Shown: positions 15,561 through 25,197, counted from the stretch's first letter. The stretch: DNA of 28,607 nucleotides from a virus (IMGVR_UViG_3300035049_000147:1-28607); one strand, 5' to 3'. A program made the numbers and translations. Notes: generated from the letters alone by a model not told the origin.

Positions 15561-15584
15561 GGTTTTATTCCTTTTATTTATTTG

Positions 15585-15902
15585 TTATTCGCAGCTTTTT
15601 CTTCTGCTTGGAATAGCTATGTTAAATTCAGAAAACGGGGAATAATCTATGTTATTGAGGATTATTTTTTTCACTCTGTTTTCTGGTGAGATATAATGTG
15701 GGCAATGAATACAAGTGAAGCTCGCCCAGGGTTGGTTACAGACATAACAGAGGCATTTAGTATAATAAGGGCAATCAAGATGCCGATGAAAGTCTACTTC
15801 ATCAATAGGAATGTAAACAAATCTTTCTACAGGGAGTTGATTTTTGGTGAGGGTTATTTTTTTGCTTTTTACATGTTTTACTTGCATTTTCCTCTCTTTC
15901 AT
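15585..15902 (-). CDS. Cys-rich hypothetical protein
   Basis: CPYYTKCLCYVC...WASFTCIHCPHY. Confidence 0.7.
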   Translation of the reverse strand: MKERKMQVKHVKSKKITLTKNQLPVERFVYIPIDEVDFHRHLDCPYYTKCLCYVCNQPWASFTCIHCPHYISPENRVKKIILNNIDYSPFSEFNIAIPSRRKSCE

Positions 15903-16042
15903 TCCAAGAAATTTTTGCCTATAAAAATGGCGAGTGGCAATAACATCACACCGGCAAAATTAATCCATGGAAACCATTGTCCGTCGCTTGATGCAATAAG
16001 TATCCCTATAAAAAAAAGGATACCCGGGATAGATTTTTTCAT
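15899..16042 (-). CDS. Small two-TM membrane protein (47 aa)
   Basis: Hand-translated MKKSIPGILFFIGILIASSDGQWFPWINFAGVMLLPLAIFIGKNFLE*; RBS AAGGAG; ATGA overlap. Confidence 0.75.
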   Translation of the reverse strand: MKKSIPGILFFIGILIASSDGQWFPWINFAGVMLLPLAIFIGKNFLE

Positions 16043-16062
16043 GATTGTTCTCCTTTGCTGAT

Positions 16063-16085
16063 GGGGAAGGGGAAATCCCTTCCCC
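16063..16085. other. GC-rich intergenic hairpin
   Basis: GGGGAAGGG-GAAAT-CCCTTCCCC; no clear U-tract. Confidence 0.5.
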
Positions 16086-16092
16086 GTGGATT

Positions 16093-16278
16093 TTATAGTT
16101 TGAATTGGTTTCTAAAGAAGATCGGACTCCAACCTCCAACTTCTTCAAAATCCCCTCTGAAGAAGCATTGTACTGCATCTACGGTGGGGTTTCCTTTGAA
16201 AAATTCTACTGGGTTGAAAGTATTCTCGCTGGTGTTTTTCTCTTCTACGTTTTTTGTTGTTATGATTCTTATTTTCAT
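16093..16278 (-). CDS. First gene of the leftward operon, hypothetical (61 aa)
   Basis: RBS GAAGGAG before ATG 16278, downstream of promoter 16353-16380. Confidence 0.7.
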   Translation of the reverse strand: MKIRIITTKNVEEKNTSENTFNPVEFFKGNPTVDAVQCFFRGDFEEVGGWSPIFFRNQFKL

Positions 16279-16352
16279 GATGTCTCCTTCTGTTAAGATG
16301 TCCTCGGTAAATCCGGCTTTGTTTTTGTTGATTTCCAATCTTTCTGAGTATC

Positions 16353-16380
16353 ATTATATAATATCAAATCAAAAAGTCAA
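16353..16380 (-). promoter_or_regulatory. Leftward sigma70 promoter (copy 2 of duplicated element)
   Basis: TTGACT-16 bp-TATAAT. Confidence 0.8.
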
Positions 16381-16454
16381 GACTTTTAAACTTAAAATTT
16401 TAAAAGAAAAGTATAATGAAAAGAAGAGGTTAGAAATATATCACTGAATCCAAT

Positions 16455-16503
16455 TTGATAAATCTAAAATATTTTATTATAATTATTATAATTATAATAA
16501 AAT
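16455..16503 (+). promoter_or_regulatory. Rightward sigma70 promoter overlapped by a 33-bp AT-only palindrome
   Basis: TTGATA(16455)-17 bp-TATAAT(16478); palindrome 16471-16503. Confidence 0.75.
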
Positions 16504-16538
16504 TAGAGGTGAAATTACACTTTTCGGTAGGATGATGA

Positions 16539-16730
16539 ATGAAAAAGCGATTAAGGATTGATACGATTGTGAGCCGTTTCCGTCAGGACTTGGTAAAACA
16601 GCTTGATAGGGATTTTACTGGGGATTTATCTGTGATAGTATCCTGCAATCAAGGTGGGATAAGAGGCGCGAAGGTTACCATGCTTGAGAGGATGGATGAT
16701 GGTAAATTTTTGCGAGAGAATACAATCTAA
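16539..16730 (+). CDS. Small hypothetical protein
   Basis: FTGDLSVIVSCNQGGIRG; first ORF of the packaging operon. Confidence 0.7.
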   Translation: MKKRLRIDTIVSRFRQDLVKQLDRDFTGDLSVIVSCNQGGIRGAKVTMLERMDDGKFLRENTI

Positions 16731-16754
16731 AAGAAAGTTGTATAGGAAAGAAAG

Positions 16755-17255
16755 TTGAAACGAACAAGACGATTAAAACGAACAAAACCAGCAAAAACTG
16801 GTAGGAAGAACGCCTACTATACAAAGATCAAGCCCAGATTACTTGAGATAGCGGCATGGTGTCGAGATGGATTAACTGATACACAGATATCAGAACTACT
16901 TGGTATCTCCTATGAAACCTTTAGATTACATAAGAAAAATCACTATGTGTTCTCTGATATCTTAATGAGAACCAAGTCAATAGTAGACATCAATATTGAG
17001 AATTCTCTGTATCAGCGAGCAAAAGGTAGTAAAGTAAAGGAGACTATTAAGGAGACAAAAACTGATAAAGAGGGTAACGTCATTTTTACCCGAACCAAAC
17101 AGATTGAAAAAGAAGTCCCTCCAGATACAACTGCTCAGATTTTCTGGTTGAAGAATAGAAAGCCAGTTCAGTGGCGGGATAAACGACAAATTGAAAATAC
17201 CAGTTCCAGTAATGTTGATGTGTTAAAGGAACTTGTGAAAGCATTACCAGATTAA
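16755..17255 (+). CDS. terS: Terminase small subunit
   Basis: HTH GLTDTQISELLGIS, ENSLYQRAKG, PPDTTAQIFWLKNRKP; directly before terL. Confidence 0.85.
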   Translation: MKRTRRLKRTKPAKTGRKNAYYTKIKPRLLEIAAWCRDGLTDTQISELLGISYETFRLHKKNHYVFSDILMRTKSIVDINIENSLYQRAKGSKVKETIKETKTDKEGNVIFTRTKQIEKEVPPDTTAQIFWLKNRKPVQWRDKRQIENTSSSNVDVLKELVKALPD

Positions 17256-18568
17256 TGTCTATTACATCAGTAGAACAACGTAGTTTAAATCGATGGTATA
17301 AACTCATAGATCATTCTGTGCAGCTTGCTATGGTGTATGATGATGTGCGTTTTAAGATCGTGCCAGCAGGGAGGCGATCAGGTAAGACTGAACGTGCAAA
17401 GCGATACATCGCAAAACAGGCTATGCTTCATGGTAATGAAAACTACTTTATTGCCGCACCTACCAGAGATCAGGTCAAGAAAATATATTGGGATGATATG
17501 AAATTGTTATGTTTCACAGCGTCTCGGTGTATTAAAAAACCATCGGAAACTGAATTAATCATTTTCATGGATAATGGTACGAATATACAATTGATAGGTC
17601 TTGATAAACCTGAAAGGATAGAAGGAGGTTTTTGGTCTGGTGGTATAGTTGATGAAATTGCGAATGTGAAAGCAGAGGCATGGTCGCACAATATTCGACC
17701 AGCTTTGGATACATTCGATCCGACCAGACCAGATTATAAAGCATGGTGTTGGCTTATTGGTGTTCCTGATGGACTCAATCATTATTATGATATGTATGAA
17801 TACGCCGTTAATTCAAATGATCCAGAATGGAAAGCATACACATGGAAAAGTGCTGAAATCCTTCCATATGAAACTATTGCTGCTGCAAAGCGTCAACTGG
17901 GACCCAGGCAATTTCGACAGGAATACGAGGCATCATTTGAAACTGCATCTGGTAGGATTTATGAAGATTATGGAGAGCACAACACTACGTCTGAAAAGAT
18001 CAGGCCGGAAGAAAGATTATTGTGGTCGCATGATCAGAACTATACTCCTTTATCAAGCTGCATAGCGGTTAAGAGAGACAATAATGTCTATATCCTGGAT
18101 GAAATTGTTCTAACTTCTGCTGTATCAAAGCAGTCCGCAATGGAATTCGTGGAAAAGTTCAAGGATCACAAAAATAAAACCGTCGATATCTACGGCGATC
18201 CTGCCGGGAGAGCTGGAGAAAAACACGGTCACGCTTCTGATTATACCGATATTGAGGATATTCTCCGGTCAAATGGCTGGAAGTATTCCCGAAAAGTTAA
18301 ACGGGCGGCTCCTGCTATCAAAGACCGTCAAAATGCGGTTAGAGCTAAGATTTTGAATGCAAATGGGGAGTCTTCATTGTTTATCAATCCGGTAACCGCA
18401 CCTTGGAGCCACAAAGGACTTGCAACGACTCAACTACAAGAGGGGTCAACTTTTCAGGAGGATCAGAAGAATCAATATCAGCACATTACAACGGCAATTG
18501 GTTATATGATTGATTATGAATTCCCGATCAGGCGACTGATCCATACAAATCAGACTTTGAGGCTCTAA
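17255..18568 (+). CDS. terL: Terminase large subunit
   Basis: AGRRSGKT, IAAPT, VDE, RQEYEASF, nuclease domain YILDEI/YGDPAG. Confidence 0.93.
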   Translation: MSITSVEQRSLNRWYKLIDHSVQLAMVYDDVRFKIVPAGRRSGKTERAKRYIAKQAMLHGNENYFIAAPTRDQVKKIYWDDMKLLCFTASRCIKKPSETELIIFMDNGTNIQLIGLDKPERIEGGFWSGGIVDEIANVKAEAWSHNIRPALDTFDPTRPDYKAWCWLIGVPDGLNHYYDMYEYAVNSNDPEWKAYTWKSAEILPYETIAAAKRQLGPRQFRQEYEASFETASGRIYEDYGEHNTTSEKIRPEERLLWSHDQNYTPLSSCIAVKRDNNVYILDEIVLTSAVSKQSAMEFVEKFKDHKNKTVDIYGDPAGRAGEKHGHASDYTDIEDILRSNGWKYSRKVKRAAPAIKDRQNAVRAKILNANGESSLFINPVTAPWSHKGLATTQLQEGSTFQEDQKNQYQHITTAIGYMIDYEFPIRRLIHTNQTLRL

Positions 18569-18569
18569 A

Positions 18570-19985
18570 ATGCAAAATGACAATCCATCTACCACGTCTG
18601 CCGAATACATGACAATGATGGACAAACTTGATCTGGCGCATACGCTTATCAAAGGTACAGACGGTATGCGTCAGGCCGGTGAAAAGTTTCTTCCGCGAGA
18701 AGAGGGTGAGCAGCATACGGATTATATTTCGCGTGTAAATCGCTCCTTTTTGTTCAACGGTCTGGAACGGACACGGGATATTATGGCGGGTGAGGTCTTT
18801 GACAAGCCTGTCGTGTTGTCTGAAGACACGCCGCAGGAGATAAAAGATTTATCGTTCAATGTCGATCTGGAAAACCGAAATCTGACTCGCTTTTGTCGTG
18901 AACTAATGTCACAAGCCTTGATTGATGGCGTGGGGCATATCCTGGTTGACCTGCCGACACTACCGGACGGCAAGCAGACAACAGCAGCAGAAGACAAACA
19001 AGCAGGACGGCGGCCTTACTGGGTGCATATCCCACCGAAACGGCTTATCGGTGGACGTGTTGAAAAGATTGACGGTACGCAGGCCATAACGCAGGTTCGA
19101 TTGAAAGAGGTTATCCGTGAGCCTGTCGGCAGGTTTGATGAGGAAGAAATTGAGCAGATTCGGGTTCTTGAAATCGGGCGATGGTCAACTTACAGGCAGG
19201 ATACAAAAAATGGGGATTGGTTTCTTTATGACGAAGGGATGACCGGACTGGATATGATACCTTTGATATCATATTTTGCTGGTCGGAAACAGACATGGAT
19301 GTCAGCTACCCCACCGCTACAGGGGCTTGCAGAGTTGAATCAACAGCATTGGATATCATCTTCTGATCAGAACAATATTCTACATGTTGCGCGAGTTCCG
19401 ATTCTCTTTGGCCGGGAACTCAATACGAATGATAGCGGACAGGTGATCATATCCGCTAAAAACCTGATTTATTCTGATAGTCCAGGCGCTGACCTGAAAT
19501 ATGTTGAGCATTCCGGCAAGGCGATTGAATCCGGCTGGAAAGACCTGGACAGGATCGAAATGCAAATGGCACTGTGGGGTCTGGAACTGATCACACAAAA
19601 TCGTTCCGGCAATATCACGGCTACCGAACGGGCGATATCCTCCAGCAAGACCGGTAGTTTTCTCAATGCGTGTGCGTTGGAGTTGCAAGACACAATCAAT
19701 TCAGCAATTGAATTGACTTGCAAGATTATGAATATTCAGCATACCGGCAGCGCTACTGTCAACACAGATTTCAGTCTGGCGCTTGCTAATTTTGATACTC
19801 GTATCTTGCTGGAGGCGTTCAAAATGGGTTTGTTGGATCGCAGGACAGTGATTGAAGAGTTGCAGAGCAGGGGCGTTTTGAATGAAGAACGAGATGTTGA
19901 AGATATTGCGGCTTTGATCGAAAAAGATTCTTACTCAGGGAGTTTTGGGGGGATTGGTTCCAGTATCTTAACCGGCACGAGGTAG
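18570..19985 (+). CDS. Portal protein (DUF4055-like)
   Basis: GTDGMRQAGEKFLPR, RRPYW, PPLQGLAELN..HW...SDQ, TATE; position after terL. Confidence 0.9.
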   Translation: MQNDNPSTTSAEYMTMMDKLDLAHTLIKGTDGMRQAGEKFLPREEGEQHTDYISRVNRSFLFNGLERTRDIMAGEVFDKPVVLSEDTPQEIKDLSFNVDLENRNLTRFCRELMSQALIDGVGHILVDLPTLPDGKQTTAAEDKQAGRRPYWVHIPPKRLIGGRVEKIDGTQAITQVRLKEVIREPVGRFDEEEIEQIRVLEIGRWSTYRQDTKNGDWFLYDEGMTGLDMIPLISYFAGRKQTWMSATPPLQGLAELNQQHWISSSDQNNILHVARVPILFGRELNTNDSGQVIISAKNLIYSDSPGADLKYVEHSGKAIESGWKDLDRIEMQMALWGLELITQNRSGNITATERAISSSKTGSFLNACALELQDTINSAIELTCKIMNIQHTGSATVNTDFSLALANFDTRILLEAFKMGLLDRRTVIEELQSRGVLNEERDVEDIAALIEKDSYSGSFGGIGSSILTGTR

Positions 19986-20020
19986 AGCGCAGCGTTCAAA
20001 AGCAGCTTTGAGTGATGTTT

Positions 20021-20057
20021 AACGGCGCGTCCTGGTGGATACGCCGTTTTTGTTTTT
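20021..20057 (+). terminator. Intrinsic terminator after portal
   Basis: AACGGCGCGTCC-TGGT-GGATACGCCGTT followed by T-tract. Confidence 0.7.
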
Positions 20058-20138
20058 ATTCAGAACAAAGAATGGCTGTTTGAAAAGCTTTTCTTGCCTC
20101 AGCGTTTGTTGGCTTAAAATTAAAAATATATAGCAATA

Positions 20139-20333
20139 ATGGCTATGAAAAACATAATCAGTCTTGATAAAAACAGACCGTGCAAAATGTCCGAGGTTGT
20201 ATGTCTGAAGTGTTTGCGGAGGTGGATTGCTGTGCGACCCGTTGAAACAAGCTTGAAAATACTTGAATGTAAATGTGGCGAAATCGGCTATGTAATTGAA
20301 ACAGGGGAGGATATAGAAAAATGGCAAGAGTAA
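20139..20333 (+). CDS. Small Zn-ribbon hypothetical protein
   Basis: SEVVCLKCLRRWIAVRP...LECKCG. Confidence 0.7.
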   Translation: MAMKNIISLDKNRPCKMSEVVCLKCLRRWIAVRPVETSLKILECKCGEIGYVIETGEDIEKWQE

Positions 20334-20607
20334 AAATATTCATGGTTTCCATTTGTCGGCTGTTCTGAATACGAATTGATTGAGAATTGGGGATATGTGG
20401 GGATTGTGAGTCATTCAGCACATCGTTGGGGACGGTTTACACGTCTTGGTACACGCGATCTTTGCTTGGGATTGTGCGTTCATGTTTGGAGCGAGGAGGT
20501 GGTGGCGGTGTCTTGTCACTGATTTTGTGGCCGGTTTTGTTGAGGTGTTGTAGGTAACCGGCTATCTTTTCCTTTCTTTTGGCTGTAATTTCACAAGGTG
20601 TTTTCAT

Positions 20608-21720
20608 ATGTCAGGAAATAATCTCAAGGATTTAATTTTATTGGCAAGACAGGTAATCTGGCAGTATCAGATTGCAGCATATACAGACGAAGCACTAAAA
20701 ACAATCTTGAAATCCGTAGACAAGGCAAAGCATGAGATTGTTGCAGAATTGGAACGGAAGGCAGCCCTTGCGCCTGAATCCGATTATTACGCTGCTCCGA
20801 ATCGGCAAATTGAATTGCTGGACGAATTGAACGATATGACGCTTGGCATTCAGTATCAGCTTACGAATGATATCTATCAAGCGTCATCTGTGGCTGGGAA
20901 ATTGAGTTTTAATGAGTATAACGATATTTTATCTTTCAATGGACGGTTGAGCGAAACGATTGGATTCAATTTTGTGCAGGTATCAGCAGCGCAATTGGAA
21001 TCTATGATTTTGGGTACTCCTGTTGGCGGCCATTTGCTGAATGATTGGGTGCAGCAGACATTTCAACATAATCTGATTGATGATATCAAGCTGGATATCA
21101 TGACAGGGTATTTGCAGGGAGAAGGTTTCCCGGCAATGGTAGAGCGAATTGAAGACGGCTTTGATATTACGAAACGTGATGCCATTACTCTGACGCGAAC
21201 GTATGTTGCCGATGTGAATAACAAGGCTGCCGAACAAGTATATAAAGCAAACACTGATATTGTAAAAGGTGAGGAATGGTGTGCAACACTGGAAGTTTCG
21301 ACGAAAAGTGGTTGTGGTGTATGCCTCCGTTGTGCTGCGCTTGACGGTAAAACATGGCCGATTGGTGAACCACATATCCGACCACCGCTTCACCCTCGCT
21401 GCCGGTGCTTCTGTTTGTGCAAGACGAAATCATACAAAGAACTCGGATTAAATATTCCGGAACTCGAAGACGCAGCAAGGCCGTATACTGAGCGAGAAGG
21501 GATTCCGATTAATGTTGGTCTTACACGGCAGATTGTAGATGTGGGCCAATTCCAAGGTAAGTTTGAAGATTTCCTGAAAACACGAGGTGAAAAATATCAG
21601 TTAAATATGCTCGGGAAGAATCGGTTTGATCTGTATACATCAGGGAAAGTTGAATTTTCTGATTTTGTGAATGAAAACGGTGATCTTGTATTGTTGAAAG
21701 ATTTGTTAAAAAGGACTTGA
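20608..21720 (+). CDS. Minor head protein (SPP1 gp7 / Mu F-like)
   Basis: LTRTY, WCATLE, C.RCAALDG, PPLHPRCRC. Confidence 0.88.
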   Translation: MSGNNLKDLILLARQVIWQYQIAAYTDEALKTILKSVDKAKHEIVAELERKAALAPESDYYAAPNRQIELLDELNDMTLGIQYQLTNDIYQASSVAGKLSFNEYNDILSFNGRLSETIGFNFVQVSAAQLESMILGTPVGGHLLNDWVQQTFQHNLIDDIKLDIMTGYLQGEGFPAMVERIEDGFDITKRDAITLTRTYVADVNNKAAEQVYKANTDIVKGEEWCATLEVSTKSGCGVCLRCAALDGKTWPIGEPHIRPPLHPRCRCFCLCKTKSYKELGLNIPELEDAARPYTEREGIPINVGLTRQIVDVGQFQGKFEDFLKTRGEKYQLNMLGKNRFDLYTSGKVEFSDFVNENGDLVLLKDLLKRT

Positions 21721-21757
21721 CTTTTTATATTATATTATATAATATAATATAAAAAGT
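21717..21757 (+). promoter_or_regulatory. Putative promoter overlapped by a perfect 38-bp palindrome
   Basis: TTGACT(21717)-17 bp-TAATAT; palindrome 21720-21757. Confidence 0.6.
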
Positions 21758-21799
21758 ATTTTTTAGGACACCTGAATCCCTGACTTATCAGGATTATTT

Positions 21800-21845
21800 A
21801 AGGCCCGTTTTGACGCAATGCGTTGAGGCGGGCCTTTTTTGTTTT
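21800..21845 (+). terminator. Intrinsic terminator upstream of the scaffold gene
   Basis: AAGGCCCGTTTTGACGC-AAT-GCGTTGAGGCGGGCCTT followed by T-tract. Confidence 0.7.
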
Positions 21846-21899
21846 AACAGATTGAGCAGTAGCTCACAGATACCGCAGTAGCGGAAAGGATAGACGCAG

Positions 21900-22673
21900 A
21901 TGCCGTGGAAAATGGATGGTAACAATATCGCAATGCAGGACGGAAACCCTGTATGGATTCATGAGGATGGGACAGAGGCCGGATTTAATGCTGAGGCAGC
22001 TTTGAAAAATCTGCAATCAGTCACGGCTGAAAGTGTATCCAGAAAGGCCAAGATCAAGGATTTGGAAGCTGCCAACGCTGTTTTTGCCGGGATCGAAAAG
22101 CCGGAAGAATGGATTAGCAATGCAAAGCAGGCTCTGGATACAGTTGCGAATCTCAAGGACAAGGAAATTGTTGACGCTGGTGAGGTCGAGAAGATCAAAA
22201 AAGGCGTGGCCGACTCTTACGAATCAAGGATTGCAGATATCAGCAAATCTCATGCCGAAGCTCTGAAAAAGGCTACCGACGATCTTGAAAGCAAAGACGC
22301 TGCAATCCGGCGTATGGTCGTTGAAGGCGCTTTCCAGCAATCTAAATTTTTGAGAGAAAAAACGGTTTTGCTTCCTGAATTTGCCTATAACACTTTCGGC
22401 AAGCATTTCAAAGTTGAGGAAGAAGGCGACAAGATCAAGGTTTCTGCCGTTGACGCTGACGGCAATGCCGTTTTCTCATTGAAAAATCCCGGTGAGCACG
22501 CGGGGCCGGAAGAAGCGATCGAGATCCTTATCTCAAACCATCCACAAAAAGATTCTCTGTTGCGAGGATTGCCTGGTGGGAGTGGAACATCAAGCAGTAA
22601 TCGGGTGATCGGCAACGATTGGAAAAAACTATCTCCGACGGAAAGACTCAATTACGCTCGGGGGGTAAAATAG
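21900..22673 (+). CDS. Capsid scaffolding protein (DUF6651-like)
   Basis: DGNPVWIHEDG, coiled-coil middle, FG.HFKVE, EAIE.L...P.KD.LL..GGSG; precedes the capsid gene. Confidence 0.8.
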   Translation: MPWKMDGNNIAMQDGNPVWIHEDGTEAGFNAEAALKNLQSVTAESVSRKAKIKDLEAANAVFAGIEKPEEWISNAKQALDTVANLKDKEIVDAGEVEKIKKGVADSYESRIADISKSHAEALKKATDDLESKDAAIRRMVVEGAFQQSKFLREKTVLLPEFAYNTFGKHFKVEEEGDKIKVSAVDADGNAVFSLKNPGEHAGPEEAIEILISNHPQKDSLLRGLPGGSGTSSSNRVIGNDWKKLSPTERLNYARGVK

Positions 22674-22686
22674 AAAAGGTGAATAA

Positions 22687-23613
22687 ATGTCTCTAACTCT
22701 TGTGGAAGCTGCAAAACAATCGAACGATCCGATTCAATCCGCTATTATTGAAATGTATGCAAGTTCTTCTGATATTCTGATGAACCTGCCCTTTCAAAAT
22801 ATACCGGGCAATGCCCTGCGGTACAATCGGGAAGAAACCCTGCCCGGTATCGGCTTCCGTGGCGTGAATGAAGCGTATACGGAAAGTACCGGTGTAATCA
22901 ATCCGCAGACGGAACCGCTGGTCATCGCCGGTGGTGATCTGGATGTGGATACGTTCATTCTTGAAACGATGGGGGCCGGTCAGCGTGCCGTGCAGGAACG
23001 CATGAAGGCCAAGGCTCTCGCACTTTCATGGACGAAGGCGTTTATTAAGGGGGATGCTGATTCCGACCCGCGTTCATTTGATGGACTCCAGGTTCGGTTA
23101 ACCGGAAATCAGTTGGTCGATGCCGGTAGCACCGACGGTGGTGATGCCTTGTCTCTTGCCAAGCTGGATGAACTGATTGATGCCGTCGAAAGTCCGACTC
23201 ACTTACTGATGAACAAGACGATGAGACGCCGATTGACGGTAGCCGCCAGAACGTACACGATTGGTGGGTTTATCACTTTCGAGCAGGATGCCTTCGGTCG
23301 TCGCGTCAGTTATTACAACGATGTTCCTATTATGATTGTTGACACGGACAATGAAGGCAACGACATTTTGCCGTTTACGGAGGTGGGCTCCGGCGGGTCC
23401 ACTGCAACAGCAACATCTATCTATTGCGTATCCATGGAACCGTCCAAATTAATCGGAATCCAGAGCAAGCCAATGGAAGCCCGCGATCTGGGAGAACTTC
23501 AGACCAAACCGGCAATGAGAACCCGTGTTGAATGGTATGCAGGGATTGCGATGTTCCATGGCCGTGCTGCTGCCCGTCTTCGTGGAATTTCAAACGCAGC
23601 CGTAACGGCATAA
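22687..23613 (+). CDS. Major capsid protein
   Basis: LTLVEAAK, LPF..I.G....YNRE..LPG..FRGVNE, GGDLDVD, FDGL, TRVEWY, AARLRGI. Confidence 0.9.
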   Translation: MSLTLVEAAKQSNDPIQSAIIEMYASSSDILMNLPFQNIPGNALRYNREETLPGIGFRGVNEAYTESTGVINPQTEPLVIAGGDLDVDTFILETMGAGQRAVQERMKAKALALSWTKAFIKGDADSDPRSFDGLQVRLTGNQLVDAGSTDGGDALSLAKLDELIDAVESPTHLLMNKTMRRRLTVAARTYTIGGFITFEQDAFGRRVSYYNDVPIMIVDTDNEGNDILPFTEVGSGGSTATATSIYCVSMEPSKLIGIQSKPMEARDLGELQTKPAMRTRVEWYAGIAMFHGRAAARLRGISNAAVTA

Positions 23614-23622
23614 GGGGGAAAT

Positions 23623-24084
23623 ATGAGCGTACTCGGAGTTAAAGTAAGACCCGGCGGCACTTTTGATGCTGATCTTGAATTTAAAGATGCTGGATTGGTT
23701 GCTTCATCTGCTGCTGCGACTGTTGATAGTTCCGCTAAGATTGTTGATGTCGGAACCGGTCATTTCAAAGGCATGATGATCATCGACGTATCTGCGCTGG
23801 AAATCGCCAGCAATGATGAAATTTACGACATCGTTATTCAGGGATCAAGCGATTCCGATTTTGGAACGGATACCAATATCGCTGATCTTTGTGCCTTGAA
23901 TCTCAGCGCAGCCGAAGTGAAACGTACCGATTGCAACAAGGACGATTCGACCGGTCGGTATAAGCTGTATTTCGATAATGAAAATGACGGCACCTATTAC
24001 CGGTATCTCCGTGTATATACGGTCGTGACCGGAACGGTAGCGACCGGTATCAATTACACTGCGTGGGCAACGCCCATCATATAA
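23623..24084 (+). CDS. Putative capsid decoration/cement protein
   Basis: Beta-rich, YRYLRVY motif, immediately after the capsid gene. Confidence 0.6.
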   Translation: MSVLGVKVRPGGTFDADLEFKDAGLVASSAAATVDSSAKIVDVGTGHFKGMMIIDVSALEIASNDEIYDIVIQGSSDSDFGTDTNIADLCALNLSAAEVKRTDCNKDDSTGRYKLYFDNENDGTYYRYLRVYTVVTGTVATGINYTAWATPII

Positions 24085-24096
24085 AGGAGATTGCTT

Positions 24097-24552
24097 ATGA
24101 GTCAAGACCCTGGATACGTTGAGGCTTATGAGAAGCCCGCAGCCGGGATTGCCTATCGCCGGGAGGTACGGATTCGGGACATGGCAACTCAGGACGCCTC
24201 CGATGTCGCGATTACCGGCGGTTCCGTTGTCGGCGCTACGCTGGCCGGTGCTGTTCAGACGATTACCGAGGCCGGTGCCGTTTCGCTGGATGCCAATCAT
24301 GTCAAGATTACCGGCCCGGCTGAATCGACATACGCCATAACGCTGGATGCGCCTTCGAGGGGCGGGCAGGTGATGGTGATTGAAATGACGGCAACGACCG
24401 GCACAAATTCTGTGACATTAGCTCTTACTAATATTGATGGCGGGTCGGCTGGGACTACAGCAACATTCAATGCTGCGGGTGAGACTTTGACATTACTTTC
24501 AAGTTCAACCAAATGGTGGGTGTTGACGGAAGAAGGTGTAACACTGTCATAA
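24097..24552 (+). CDS. Putative virion structural protein
   Basis: Thr/Gly/Ala-rich; MATQDA..VAITGG motif; RBS AAGGAG before ATG 24097. Confidence 0.6.
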   Translation: MSQDPGYVEAYEKPAAGIAYRREVRIRDMATQDASDVAITGGSVVGATLAGAVQTITEAGAVSLDANHVKITGPAESTYAITLDAPSRGGQVMVIEMTATTGTNSVTLALTNIDGGSAGTTATFNAAGETLTLLSSSTKWWVLTEEGVTLS

Positions 24553-24588
24553 ACAAAACGGGGGCCTTGTGCCCCTTTTGAGGTTTTT

Positions 24589-24744
24589 ATGAAAAAAACA
24601 GTTTACAATTTAAAAACGGGTGAACAAGCAATTGTGGCCGGAGTAGATGCCCGTGAATATGTAAAGACCGGCGGATGGTCATATGATGCACCGGAGGCAC
24701 AATCAAAACCGAAACGCAGAAAAATTAAGAACCAGGATGAATGA
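24589..24744 (+). CDS. Small hypothetical protein (51 aa)
   Basis: Hand-translated MKKTVYNLKTGE...VDAREYVKTGGWSY...; RBS GAGG; ATGA overlap. Confidence 0.7.
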   Translation: MKKTVYNLKTGEQAIVAGVDAREYVKTGGWSYDAPEAQSKPKRRKIKNQDE

Positions 24745-25196
24745 TGGTTTTCTATTATCCAACATATCCATATTTGTCTGTCTACACGATTGATGATTGG
24801 GAAGATGATCGGGCTACAGTGATAGAGGCCGATACATACCATGCTGCTCGGGGCAATGATACTTGGACAGGGACAGACACTGTCAAGCAGGAGGCTTTGA
24901 CGCGGGCGTGGGATTATTTGCGGGGGCTACGCTGGAACGACAACACTTTTGCAACAGAATTGCCTGGTGATGTGAAGTCCGCCCACATTGTTGCTGCATT
25001 GCGAGAGCTTGTTGATCCCGGCTGCTTGCTGCCGGATATTGACCGGAACGACTTTTTAGATTCAAAGAATATTGCCGGTGTAATTGTGAAAAATTATAAA
25101 TCCGGTTCGCCTGCCTGGAACCGATACCGTGAAATTGAGGTTTTGTTGCGGCCATATGTGGTCGGACAGAGCAATATTGAAACGCTGAGGGGCTGA
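24741..25196 (+). CDS. Head-tail adaptor
   Basis: EADTYHAARG...W...ALTRAWDYL...LLRPY; synteny. Confidence 0.7.
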   Translation: MMVFYYPTYPYLSVYTIDDWEDDRATVIEADTYHAARGNDTWTGTDTVKQEALTRAWDYLRGLRWNDNTFATELPGDVKSAHIVAALRELVDPGCLLPDIDRNDFLDSKNIAGVIVKNYKSGSPAWNRYREIEVLLRPYVVGQSNIETLRG

Positions 25197-25197
25197 C

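Noticed and set aside
15899-16042. Holin call for the two-TM protein
   Set aside because: It lies 14.6 kb from the lysozyme among promoter-proximal early genes, and hydrophobicity alone is insufficient evidence.
20334-20607. Possible gene or readthrough extension after the Zn-ribbon ORF
   Set aside because: The frame stays open about 60 codons past the TAA, but there is no recognisable motif or clear start, so it is left unassigned.
21720-21757. Protelomerase (telRL) site
   Set aside because: No protelomerase in the window, and the palindrome sits inside the head operon overlapping a promoter.
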